From positions 32,001-96,000 of the forward strand of contig CAVPNL010000003.1 in NCBI GenBank assembly GCA_963706575.1: a stretch of 64,000 nt of DNA, read 5' to 3'. Source of the DNA: an uncultured delta proteobacterium. GTDB taxonomy: Bacteria > Desulfobacterota > Desulfobacteria > Desulfobacterales > JAHEIW01. Below are positions 21,400 to 31,204 of the stretch, piece by piece. The notes below the pieces were generated by a model, which saw only the letters and a program-made list of their open reading frames with translations, did not search any database and had not been told where the DNA came from. Position 1 is the first letter of the stretch, and each line of letters starts with the position of its first letter. A program made the position numbers and the translations under genes.

Positions 21400-21720
21400 T
21401 CAATGGTCGCAGAGATAGGCAACCGCAGCAGAACCTATCCGAAAATCATATACCCAGACAACATGCGTGGCCCCCAAATTAGCAGCTCTTTCTAACACCT
21501 CAGCCTGATGTTCCGAGGGTCGATAATTGTCTAAATACCTTCCCGGATCTGCTGTCTCCGATAAGGTGGCCACATAGGCACAATCCTGCACCATAGGCTC
21601 TTCCGCAATTTTCACCGCCGGAATGGTTTTGGTACAACCGAGAAAAAATACGATGCTGATCAGCCACATCAGTTTTTTTATAATGGCTGCCGAGGCTTTA
21701 AGGTATTCGAATGAAATCAA
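21400..21720 (-). CDS. Small putative lipoprotein
   Basis: Hydrophobic stretch ending in FFLGC lipobox; AANLGATHVV...VAYLC. Confidence 0.6.
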   Translation of the reverse strand: MISFEYLKASAAIIKKLMWLISIVFFLGCTKTIPAVKIAEEPMVQDCAYVATLSETADPGRYLDNYRPSEHQAEVLERAANLGATHVVWVYDFRIGSAAVAYLCDH

Positions 21721-22181
21721 TCTGGTTTTGATCCTTTTATGCGGTTGGTATTTGTCAATTATTGTAATATAAATAACAGCTTATGTCAAAATTTCAGTGA
21801 GGTCTAGAACTCAATATTTTAAATATTATATGTAATACTAAATAGTTAAATAGATCCGAATAAAAAAATGCTTATCGCGCAAATTCCGCTAAGGCCCTTT
21901 AAAAATGGCTTTAAAAATAAGTTTTCCGTCTGTCGTCACATGCGCGTACGATCGAATATTAAAAAACAAGATATCGGATCCAGCCGCATGGCTGCAGATA
22001 TGGATGATGGACTAGTGGCCGGTTTGGATAGAAGTGGTATTGAAAACGCTTCTAAGAAAATGAAGCGCCCTGCAGTCCGCTTGAGGCCATTCGGATACTC
22101 CTTTGGGAAGGCAAAAAAACCAAGGTGTCTAAACAAGCGCCATAATGTTATAATTCTACTTAAAGTTTATATTATAACTAT

Positions 22182-24335
22182 CTATATTCTCTTTATAAAT
22201 TCACCAATAGCTTTGTGAACTTTTTGGGCGCCTTCACCCAACAAAATCCCATGGCGGTCAAAATTAAACAGCAGGTACTCTTTATCGGCTGATCCGATTA
22301 ATTCAAAAATTTTGCGAGATCCTTTGGGATCAACTACCGGATCACCACGGGATTGGATAACCAGCACCGGTACGTTTAAATCAGCTAATCGAGGCTCCAA
22401 ATCATCCATGAGCCGATCGACTTCCACCACTCCTGAAATTGGATTTCGCGAATAGTTAATATGGGGATTTTCCGGTTTGTTTTCCACGAATTCCTTTTTG
22501 GCCCCCACCTGCCGGGCTCTTTCCATGAGACGATTCCACATGTCCACCGCTGGCGCAAAGCGCGATGAAAAATCTTTAAGTCGCATGGGAGCCGAAACGG
22601 CAAAAACACCTGACACCGCTTTTACCCGAACAGCAAGATCCAGCGCCAGGCCGGCTCCGGTTGAAAAGCCGCCGGCCACCACATGTTTGCAAATACTGCT
22701 GATGATGGCGTATCCCTGATCGACGGAAGCCCTCCAATCCAGATACGAACGCGTTGCCAGATCTTCCGGCGAGGTTCCATGACCCTTTAATCGAGGGACA
22801 TAGACCCAGAAACCCAGCCGGTTTAAATATTGGGCCAGCTGTCTGACTTCTAAAGGTGCTGCCATGTAACCATGGGAAAGAACGATCCCTACATCCTTGG
22901 ACCTTCCTTTGAGCAGAAACGGCATGCCCACCGAAAATGGTTTTGTCTCCCCTTCCAGTTTAAAGTCCTCATAGTCCTTTTTGAATTCGATAAGCGCTTG
23001 GTCCTGCAAATATTTGGCAACTTTTCTTTTAATCCAGAAACCGGGTTGAACGGCCAGCCGGTTTACCGTGCGTTGCAGATCTGTCAACGGCTCAACAGCA
23101 TTTGCCATTACCTCGATCGGATTATCAATCCGTGTTCGATGAAAATCATAGGGTGAAGAAAATTTCGAGGGATCTTTGACCAGCGCATGGTCTTTTTGGA
23201 CGATGATTCCCTTATCGCGGGCCACAGCCATAAAATCTTTGACCTTGTGATAACGGTCATCGGTCAGCAGATGCACCTGATCTTCCTGTAAACTGCGGTG
23301 CAGACAAATTTCGCTTTTCTGCGGAATATGGGTGGCGGCTAAAAAAACCCGTCTTCTTAAGTCTGATTCATCGATTTTTTTTGAGCGCATCTTACGCAGC
23401 ACCGACGCAAAAAGATGATCGTGGTTCACCGTGGTCAGGCTATAAATAGCGGCCATATAGCGTTCCATGAGTTTTAAGGCTTCGATCCGCAATCGGGGCC
23501 GTGAGGGTATCGGGTCATCAAAATGGATTCTTCGTTTGGCTGAAATATCCAGATCAATGGGGGAGCATTGCAGACAGTCAAAAATCTGGATGGGCTCACC
23601 AAAGCGGATATCTATATCCACCCCTGAAAGCAGCATGGATCCTTCAGTCATGAGTTCTTCAAGGATGCGCTCAGGTAAATCCTCAACCAGCCGAACGGCC
23701 AGGTTACTCAGGATATTTTCGCGTACACGAATCGGATAGTAGGTCAGATTTACCGGAACAATATGGGTTTGACCATTAATCACCGGTTCAAGGTCTTGGA
23801 TTTGAAACAGCTCCGATAGATACCTGGCTTCATCTGAATTTTCGGCCGTCAATCTCCGTAGGCGCTGGCGGTAAAATTCGGTCCTCAGGGCCAGGGTAGC
23901 CGCTCCGGTGTGGGGTGGGTGTTTACCGCCGGCCGCTGAAATCATAAAGCGCCCTTTTTCGATTATTTTTTTATTTTTGACCATGCGGCCTTCAGGGAAA
24001 ATGATCCAGTTGGCCTCGCCCGTGAGCAAGGTTTTAACGATCAATCGATCCCGGTCCGGATTTTTCGTTGAAACCGCACCCACCTTTTCCAGGTATGAAC
24101 CGAAAGCGCCTTTGAACAGCTCGAAGGAAGCCAGCGACCAGACGGGAATTTTGGTTAATCGAAAAATCTGATAAGGCATCAGGAAAGTTTCAAGACGGGT
24201 AAAATGATTAATAACAAAAATATTGGACCCTGCGGGGATATTATTCTCACCATGATAGAATATTTTGGCCTTGGATAGGTTGGCAATCGTTTTAATGGCC
24301 AATCCGGTGGTGCGATATGCAAAACGGCTAAGCAT
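22182..24335 (-). CDS. Acyltransferase (PlsC-like) fused to alpha/beta-hydrolase (carboxylesterase/lipase)
   Basis: N-terminal NHFTRLE and FPEG; C-terminal HG, GFSTG nucleophile, DPVV, RHGI. Confidence 0.8.
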   Translation of the reverse strand: MLSRFAYRTTGLAIKTIANLSKAKIFYHGENNIPAGSNIFVINHFTRLETFLMPYQIFRLTKIPVWSLASFELFKGAFGSYLEKVGAVSTKNPDRDRLIVKTLLTGEANWIIFPEGRMVKNKKIIEKGRFMISAAGGKHPPHTGAATLALRTEFYRQRLRRLTAENSDEARYLSELFQIQDLEPVINGQTHIVPVNLTYYPIRVRENILSNLAVRLVEDLPERILEELMTEGSMLLSGVDIDIRFGEPIQIFDCLQCSPIDLDISAKRRIHFDDPIPSRPRLRIEALKLMERYMAAIYSLTTVNHDHLFASVLRKMRSKKIDESDLRRRVFLAATHIPQKSEICLHRSLQEDQVHLLTDDRYHKVKDFMAVARDKGIIVQKDHALVKDPSKFSSPYDFHRTRIDNPIEVMANAVEPLTDLQRTVNRLAVQPGFWIKRKVAKYLQDQALIEFKKDYEDFKLEGETKPFSVGMPFLLKGRSKDVGIVLSHGYMAAPLEVRQLAQYLNRLGFWVYVPRLKGHGTSPEDLATRSYLDWRASVDQGYAIISSICKHVVAGGFSTGAGLALDLAVRVKAVSGVFAVSAPMRLKDFSSRFAPAVDMWNRLMERARQVGAKKEFVENKPENPHINYSRNPISGVVEVDRLMDDLEPRLADLNVPVLVIQSRGDPVVDPKGSRKIFELIGSADKEYLLFNFDRHGILLGEGAQKVHKAIGEFIKRI

Positions 24336-24699
24336 ACAGGTATCCTTAAATGGTTCCCGAAAAACAGACGCTAAAATGGATGCGGCTTCTTAGGGCAATA
24401 TGAGAGAAATGGGTCTGCGTCGCTCTCCCCGCGACCCATAACATCCGGAAAGCCCTCCTCTATATAAAATAATAGGAAATAAATAGCCTAAAATCAATAA
24501 TTTGAGTATATCGCTTTATGGAATGTGGACCTTTAACCCCTTTTAGCGTATTCGGAAAATGCGACCGGACATGATGCCGTTATGCGGGGTGCCCCGCCGG
24601 AGTTGACAGAATCCCGAAATGGCCCTAATTTAACATACTTATTGAGTAGCGATTCCGGTTCGAGATCAAAAAGAAAAATACCGTTTCATCAGGAATAAA

Positions 24700-26010
24700 A
24701 TGCCGACCTTTAAAATCAACACCCTGGGCTGCAAGGTGAATCAATCCGAATCCGAGGCCATTGCCCGGCAATTGGAATCTGGCGATTGGTTGCCGGTCGG
24801 CCACAGCGGCGCATCCGAGATAACCATTATCAACACCTGCACGGTAACCCAAAAAGCCTCGATGCAATCGCGACAGACCGTGCGCCAGGCCATCCGCGCC
24901 AATCCAAACTCCCGGATTGTGGTGACCGGCTGCTATGCCCAGACAGAACCTAAGGCCTTCGAGAAAATCAATGGCGTTCATTATATCATCGGCAATGCCG
25001 ACAAACATCGCATCGGCGAAATCCTGACAGATGGTAAAAATTCAGCGGATGGTCATTCGATCACGATCAATAACGATATTCGGCTGTCAGATCCGTTGAA
25101 ACCGTCACCTATAGCTATCTCCGGCCGCCGTACCCGTCCTTTTTTGAAAATTCAGGACGGCTGCGATGCCTTCTGTACCTATTGTATCGTGCCGTATGCC
25201 AGAGGACCCAGCCGCAGCTTGCCGGTCACCAATGTGCTCGAAAGCATAAAGGCATTATCCGTCGCCGGATATCATGAAATAGTGCTCAGCGGCATCCATC
25301 TGGGTCACTACGGTGCTGATCTGATTCCCACAACCCGTCTCCGTGATTTGCTGGATCGCATTGACCGTTTAGAGCTGATTCAGCGGGTGCGACTCAGCTC
25401 CATTGAGCCTCTCGAGTTGACCGACGACCTTATTCAATGTGTTGCCGATTCGCCCCGCTTTTGCCGCCACTTCCATATCCCGTTGCAAAGCGGTGATGAC
25501 CCCATCTTAAAAAAAATGAAGCGGCCGTATACGGTTGATATTTTCAGGCAACGGGTTGCAAAAGTCCGCAATCAAATTCCGGATGCCGCTATCGGTGTTG
25601 ACACCCTGATCGGATTCCCCGGTGAAACCGATGCGGCTTTTTGGAACACCTATGAACTCATTCGTGAATTGCCGATTACTTACTTGCATGTTTTTCCTTT
25701 TTCAGCACGGCCTGGAACGCCTGCTGCCCGCTACCCCGACAAAATCACACCGGGTGTGATTAAAGAAAGATGCGAAAAAATGCGTTGTCTGGGACAGATC
25801 AAACGCCTTGAATTTTATCGAAACTTTATCGGTAAAGAGGTTGAGATTCTGGTGGAATCATCCCGGCATGCTGCAACGGGCATGCTAAAAGGGTTTTCTT
25901 CAAATTACATACCCGTTCTGATAGACGCTGATGACGATCAGATAAATAAGCTTGTGACCGTTAAATTAACAGATCAAATTGACGCTGCCTTAATGGGAAC
26001 CATCGTATGA
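24700..26010 (+). CDS. mtaB: tRNA t6A37 methylthiotransferase MtaB
   Basis: TLGCKVNQ, INTCTVT, radical-SAM CDAFCTYC, HVFPFSARPGT. Confidence 0.9.
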   Translation: MPTFKINTLGCKVNQSESEAIARQLESGDWLPVGHSGASEITIINTCTVTQKASMQSRQTVRQAIRANPNSRIVVTGCYAQTEPKAFEKINGVHYIIGNADKHRIGEILTDGKNSADGHSITINNDIRLSDPLKPSPIAISGRRTRPFLKIQDGCDAFCTYCIVPYARGPSRSLPVTNVLESIKALSVAGYHEIVLSGIHLGHYGADLIPTTRLRDLLDRIDRLELIQRVRLSSIEPLELTDDLIQCVADSPRFCRHFHIPLQSGDDPILKKMKRPYTVDIFRQRVAKVRNQIPDAAIGVDTLIGFPGETDAAFWNTYELIRELPITYLHVFPFSARPGTPAARYPDKITPGVIKERCEKMRCLGQIKRLEFYRNFIGKEVEILVESSRHAATGMLKGFSSNYIPVLIDADDDQINKLVTVKLTDQIDAALMGTIV

Positions 26011-26019
26011 AAGGAAGAA

Positions 26020-26544
26020 GTGATGAGCGAAAAAATTGATTACAAAGAAGATCTTGAACGACCCGTCGCCGTATTTGAAACCAGCCTGGGCAATTTTGAA
26101 GCCGAACTTTACGCCAAAGAGTGTCCGCAAACGGTCTGGAATTTCATCAACCTGGCAGAAGGCCGGCAGCAGACCGTCCGTGAAGGAAACTTTTATGACG
26201 GCCTGACCTTTCACCGTATCATTGAGGGCTTTGTTATTCAAGGCGGCTGCCCCCAGGGAACCGGAACCGGCGGCCCAGGATATCAGTTCGAAGATGAATT
26301 TGATGCCGCATTGCGGCATGACAGCGAAGGCATCCTTTCAATGGCCAATGCCGGACGCGGCACCAATGGCAGCCAGTTTTTTATTACCCTGGCACCCACC
26401 CCCCACTTAGACGACCGGCATTCGGTTTTCGGAAAAGTAGTCAAAGGTCTGGATGTGGTAAATAAAATCGGATCTGTGCAAACAGGGCCCGGCGATGCGC
26501 CCTTGGAGCCGATAACCATGACCCAGGTTCGTATTCAAAGGTAA
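26020..26544 (+). CDS. Cyclophilin-type peptidyl-prolyl isomerase
   Basis: [27 protein letters not shown]. Confidence 0.93.
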   Translation: MMSEKIDYKEDLERPVAVFETSLGNFEAELYAKECPQTVWNFINLAEGRQQTVREGNFYDGLTFHRIIEGFVIQGGCPQGTGTGGPGYQFEDEFDAALRHDSEGILSMANAGRGTNGSQFFITLAPTPHLDDRHSVFGKVVKGLDVVNKIGSVQTGPGDAPLEPITMTQVRIQR

Positions 26545-26590
26545 AAGTAGTACCTTTGAAATTTGAAAATTGCATGGAATCTCAATCGGT

Positions 26591-27433
26591 ATGAATGTTG
26601 TTAAAACCGATCAGTTTGACAGCGTACAGATGATCCAGCTGGGATACGGTCCCATTGGCCCGCCATTGATGTCGGTTTTTATGTATGTGGTTGATGGCCT
26701 GGTGATCGACACCGGCCAGCACCACATGCAAAAGTGTGTTATCGAGCAGCTAAAAGATAAAAAGTTCAACCGCATTTTTTTAACGCATCATCACGAAGAT
26801 CACAGCGGCAATGCAGCTGCCATCCAAAAAACATATCACATCAATGTATGTGGACATTCACTTACTGCTAAAAAACTGAGAAACGGCTTCAATATCTTAC
26901 CTTACCAACATTATATATGGGGCAAAGCATCACCGGTTGAAGTTAGCGCTTTGGATTCACCGATTACAACGGATCGATTTACTTTCATACCAATTCACAC
27001 ACCCGGACACAGCAAAGACCATACAGTTTATTTTGAAGAGAACAACGGATGGCTATTTTCCGGTGATCTCTATCTGTCAGAACGCATAAAATATTTCCGA
27101 GCAGATGAACAATTATTGGATCAAATCAATTCCTTGAGAAAAGTGCTTGAACTTAATTTTGACGTCCTGTTTTGTGCCCACAACCCGTGTTTTAAAAATG
27201 GAAAAACTAAGCTGAAAAACAAACTGCAGTTTTTGGAAGATCTTTACGGTCGGGTTCGTTCGTTCCTGCAGGAAGGTTTGACGGAAAAAGCGATTATCAG
27301 AAAGCTGGATTCCCACAAAAATAGATTGGCAAAATGGTTAACCCTGGGAAACGTCAGTTTCGCCAATATGATAAAATCCGCTATCGATTCTGCTACTCGA
27401 TCCGATGGTACCTCCCACCATCGAATGCAATAA
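26591..27433 (+). CDS. MBL-fold metallo-hydrolase
   Basis: THHHEDHSG, TPGHS, FSGD, CAH. Confidence 0.88.
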   Translation: MNVVKTDQFDSVQMIQLGYGPIGPPLMSVFMYVVDGLVIDTGQHHMQKCVIEQLKDKKFNRIFLTHHHEDHSGNAAAIQKTYHINVCGHSLTAKKLRNGFNILPYQHYIWGKASPVEVSALDSPITTDRFTFIPIHTPGHSKDHTVYFEENNGWLFSGDLYLSERIKYFRADEQLLDQINSLRKVLELNFDVLFCAHNPCFKNGKTKLKNKLQFLEDLYGRVRSFLQEGLTEKAIIRKLDSHKNRLAKWLTLGNVSFANMIKSAIDSATRSDGTSHHRMQ

Positions 27434-28289
27434 CATCTTGCGTCAAAAGTTTTTCTAAATGTTTTTGCATATGGGCTTGTTCACTAAACGCATATAACTC
27501 TTTTGGCTCTCGTTTGCGCCCATATAAGATCCAAGCGTCTACAATCTCCTCCATGGTCCGAGGATGCTTCAGGAGTTCCAAAAGTTTATCTTCCCGCATT
27601 TGAATAACCCCCAAATAATCATCGAAAAAAGTTAGCGATTCCCCTTCAAACACACCGGTCTCATGACAGGTCAGCCATACCTTTGCCGGAATCTTTTTGA
27701 GTATCATAATCGAATCGATGGTTTGCTCAATACTTGAATAGCGATCCCCGTACCAGGGCCCGAAAGGAGTGAGGTCATAATCGCCCAAGAATAATACTTG
27801 CGGTTCTTTGAAGAAAAAGGCAAGATGTCCCGGGCTGTGTCCGGGTGTGCGGATTACCTCCACGGTTACATTTCCAAGATCGATTTTTTCACCGTCGTGA
27901 AGCAACCTTGCTGGTATCCGGGGTCGGTAATGAAATTTTTCTTTCAATTCATTACGCCAAAACGCTCGATCTTTTTCGTTTTTGACGCCATACCAGTCCA
28001 GAAATACTTCTATATCCGAAAGCGGTGGGGAGTCTTGCTTACTCATCCATAGGGGCAGATCCTCTAGCAAGTCGAGGTGCATGAAGTGGTCTTCATGCCA
28101 ATGAGAAAGCCATGTCATTTGAAAACCATTATCCCGCTTTATTTCCTGCAATCGTTCGCGGTCCGAGCCCGGATCAATCAACACGCCCGCCTCTTCAATA
28201 TAGATGGAGTGGCAATAGGGATATCGACCTTGCTTCTTTCCGGGAATAACGCTTAGCGGTCCAAATTTACGTTTCTCCAGATCCATCAT
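27393..28289 (-). CDS. MBL-fold metallo-hydrolase
   Basis: SHWHEDH, TPGHSPGH, LGD, CH. Confidence 0.88.
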   Translation of the reverse strand: MMDLEKRKFGPLSVIPGKKQGRYPYCHSIYIEEAGVLIDPGSDRERLQEIKRDNGFQMTWLSHWHEDHFMHLDLLEDLPLWMSKQDSPPLSDIEVFLDWYGVKNEKDRAFWRNELKEKFHYRPRIPARLLHDGEKIDLGNVTVEVIRTPGHSPGHLAFFFKEPQVLFLGDYDLTPFGPWYGDRYSSIEQTIDSIMILKKIPAKVWLTCHETGVFEGESLTFFDDYLGVIQMREDKLLELLKHPRTMEEIVDAWILYGRKREPKELYAFSEQAHMQKHLEKLLTQDVIAFDGGRYHRIE

Positions 28290-28331
28290 TTTAATTGCTT
28301 CCCTGTGCTACCCTGGTTAAAAAGAGTTTTG

Positions 28332-28838
28332 CTACAGTTCCTGCTGTTTGTATTTCCGGGCCAAATCGGTATAAAAGGCGGCCCCTTCTTTGATTTGATC
28401 CATCCACTGCATCGATACACGGCCCTTTATGCGCGCCGGCGTTCCCGTGCACAATGATTGTTGCGGGATTTTCATTCCTTCAGGGACGACTGAACCTGCA
28501 CCAATAATCGAAAAGTCGCCAATCACAGCATCATTGAGAATAACAGCGTTGTTGCCCACCAACACAAAATTGCCCACCCGATAGCCGTGAACAACAGCGC
28601 CGTGGCCGACGATGACGTTATTACCTATAATAACGTCTCCGTTACCGTGTACCACGCAATTATCTTCTATACTGGTATTATTGCCGATGGCAATATTGCC
28701 GCAATCGCCCCGGATAACCGCCCCCGGCCAGATACTCGATCCCGGCCCGATTTCAACATCACCGACGATGTAAGCGGTTTCACTGACGAACACGGATGGA
28801 TCAATTTTAGGAGATACTCCATCAAATTCACGAATCAT
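28332..28838 (-). CDS. Gamma-carbonic-anhydrase family hexapeptide-repeat protein (PaaY/CaiE-like)
   Basis: WPGAVIRGD, left-handed beta-helix repeats, three His. Confidence 0.88.
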   Translation of the reverse strand: MIREFDGVSPKIDPSVFVSETAYIVGDVEIGPGSSIWPGAVIRGDCGNIAIGNNTSIEDNCVVHGNGDVIIGNNVIVGHGAVVHGYRVGNFVLVGNNAVILNDAVIGDFSIIGAGSVVPEGMKIPQQSLCTGTPARIKGRVSMQWMDQIKEGAAFYTDLARKYKQQEL

Positions 28839-28883
28839 TTGTTCCTCGCCTATTGATACAACATATACCGGCTTTTTTTGTGG

Positions 28884-29123
28884 TTAAGCACTCACTTTTA
28901 TTATCAGCGAAGTCGCTGTGGCGGTGGCGATAAGGTTGCCTTGCGTGTCCTCCAGTTTACCCTCCAAAAAGGCCACGGATTTTGTCTTTTGAATTACCTT
29001 GCCGGTTCCGTTGATCCTACCTTTTGCCGGACGAAGAAAATTCACCTTTAGCTCCAGGGTCGGAATCGTTTCCGTGGCGTCGATGACGGTGGCCAATGCG
29101 GGACTCATGGTTGAATCCAGCAT
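28884..29123 (-). pseudogene. PaaI-family thioesterase fragment (N-terminus missing)
   Basis: MLDSTM, TLELKVNFLRP and IATATAT present; in-frame stop ~10 codons upstream and no GG motif. Confidence 0.65.
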
Positions 29124-29212
29124 GAAACCCTTAATATCGTCTAATCGGCGCTATCGCGCCGCCTGCCGACCCAACTAAATTAAAGCACAATCTTTGAAGA
29201 AGCCTGGTACCT

Positions 29213-30271
29213 TTATTCGGTGAACCGCGGACGGTAGGGAGCGAACACCGGAATTTGCATCACTCCTGGAGGAGCGGCGCAAACCGCCGGAATACTGTTA
29301 ATCACCGACCCGGCCACGGCGTACTGTTCGGCTTTGGTCTTAAATCCGGTATTTTCCGGCTCGACCAGATTCATAGAAATATCGATGCCGGGCAAACCGC
29401 GAATTTTAACCTCCCAATGGTTATAGTTTTTATCCTCGAGCCAGGTATCTTCCATTATCCAGCTAATCGATAAAGTAACAAAACGTTTACCATCGACAAT
29501 ACCGTGCCAGCGCCAATTCGTCACTGCAACAGTGCCCTTTTTGATCACGCCGGCGGCGACTTGAAGATCCTCGGACGCGGGCTGCACGATGTGGTCGGAT
29601 TCAACCTGATCCAGCTGAAATCCAAGTCGATGCACCAGCTGAGCCACAACTTCGGCATACATTCCCGTCATAAGTTCTGCCGGGGCCCAGGATGCGTCGT
29701 TGAGATCCAATTTAGCGGGATCCGCACCAAAACCCAAAACATGGAAGACATAATTGGCATCCGGTACGGTGCTGCAATCAAAGATTTCACCCAGATAAAT
29801 ATTGTCGATTCGGGTACAAATGCCGGTAGCCACGGTGGTGATTTTTTCAGTTAGAAACCCAGGGTTCAGGCCGGTACCGAATAATGTCGTTCCACCTTTG
29901 GCACATGCCGTCTGAAAATCTTCCAGGTACTCCGGGCCCCAGTGTTGCGGAAAACTATGGCCGTTGATGCTGATCACATTTTTGCCCGACGCCAGTAGGC
30001 GGCAAATATCTTTATTGTGATAGCTGTAAGGCGGTTGAATGCGCGGGGCATGGATGACAACATCCGCCTCCGTAGCCATAATTTCATCAACGCTGCGGGT
30101 AGCGATAACGCCCGTAGGATCACGACGCGCAATGTCACCCGCATCCCGTCCGGCTTTTGATTCGCTGTAAACTAAAAGACCCACCAAATCCAGATCAGGA
30201 TGATCGAGGGTCGCCCGCAAACAACTTTTCCCCATGGATCCGGTTGCCCACTGAATAACTTTATAAGCCAT
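29213..30271 (-). CDS. NAD(P)H-dependent amine-dehydrogenase/DapB-like oxidoreductase
   Basis: VIQWATGSMG, GTGLNPGF, NSIPAVCAAPPG. Confidence 0.75.
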   Translation of the reverse strand: MAYKVIQWATGSMGKSCLRATLDHPDLDLVGLLVYSESKAGRDAGDIARRDPTGVIATRSVDEIMATEADVVIHAPRIQPPYSYHNKDICRLLASGKNVISINGHSFPQHWGPEYLEDFQTACAKGGTTLFGTGLNPGFLTEKITTVATGICTRIDNIYLGEIFDCSTVPDANYVFHVLGFGADPAKLDLNDASWAPAELMTGMYAEVVAQLVHRLGFQLDQVESDHIVQPASEDLQVAAGVIKKGTVAVTNWRWHGIVDGKRFVTLSISWIMEDTWLEDKNYNHWEVKIRGLPGIDISMNLVEPENTGFKTKAEQYAVAGSVINSIPAVCAAPPGVMQIPVFAPYRPRFTE

Positions 30272-30284
30272 GATACACTCCTAA

Positions 30285-31046
30285 TTAAGCCGTCAAACCA
30301 CCGTCGACCATATAAACACCACCGGTGCAATACCGGCTTTCATCGCCTGCAAGAAAGAGCATCAGTGTGGCAACTTCCTCGGGTGTTCCGTATCGTTTTA
30401 GCGCGGTTCCGGACGTGATAACCTTTTTCCCTTTTTCCGGATTTCGGAGATAATAGCTGCTTTCAAGGAATCGAACCATTGGTGTTTCGATAGGCCCGGG
30501 ATTGACAGTGTTAACACGGATGCCCATGGCGCCGCATTCTATGGCGGCCGAGCGCATGATGCCGATTACGGCATGTTTACTGGCAACGTAAGCCGACATT
30601 CCTATGCCGCCTCTTAAACCGGCCACCGATGAGGTGATGATGATGCTGCCGCCGCGTTCCTGCATTTGCGGTATGACAAATTTTATTCCAAGCCAGACAC
30701 CGCGTACATTGACGGCCATCACTTTATCAAAGTTATCAACCGACAGCTCGCTAATCGGCATAACATCACCGGTGATGCCGGCATTATTGACGAATATATC
30801 GATTCCGCCAAAGCGGTCGACGGCCGTATCGATATACCGCTGTACCTGCTCCGGGCGGGTTACATCGGCGACGGTATAATCGACAGCATCGCTGCCGATA
30901 GCCTCTACTGCTTGCCGGAGAATCTCTTCATCGAGGTCCACCAGCAAGACCTTAGCGCCTTCGAGCGCGAAAATCTTTCCGGCTGCAAGGCCGATTCCGC
31001 CGCTGCCGCCTGTAATGACGGCCACCTTGTCTTTAAGTCTTGTCAT
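30285..31046 (-). CDS. SDR oxidoreductase
   Basis: TGGSGGIG, NNAG, YVASK. Confidence 0.9.
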   Translation of the reverse strand: MTRLKDKVAVITGGSGGIGLAAGKIFALEGAKVLLVDLDEEILRQAVEAIGSDAVDYTVADVTRPEQVQRYIDTAVDRFGGIDIFVNNAGITGDVMPISELSVDNFDKVMAVNVRGVWLGIKFVIPQMQERGGSIIITSSVAGLRGGIGMSAYVASKHAVIGIMRSAAIECGAMGIRVNTVNPGPIETPMVRFLESSYYLRNPEKGKKVITSGTALKRYGTPEEVATLMLFLAGDESRYCTGGVYMVDGGLTA

Positions 31047-31098
31047 TGTTTCGCCTGGTTCCTGGATGCGGGCATAGGTATTGGTGGTAGTTTTAAAC

Positions 31099-31156
31099 CA
31101 ATCACCCCGGATAACCGCTCCCGGTTAGATCCTCGATCCCGGACCGATCTCAACAT
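31099..31156 (-). pseudogene. Degenerate remnant of a gamma-CA gene
   Basis: 51/58 nt identical to 28702..28759; translates NVEIGPGSRI*PGAVIRGD. Confidence 0.75.
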
Positions 31157-31204
31157 TTGTTGATAGAGAACAGCGCCTGCGAGTTAATATTTTATTAGAC
31201 TGGA

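Noticed and set aside
21868..22218. 116-aa plus-strand ORF
   Set aside because: No recognisable features, and it overlaps the 3' end of the acyltransferase-esterase gene
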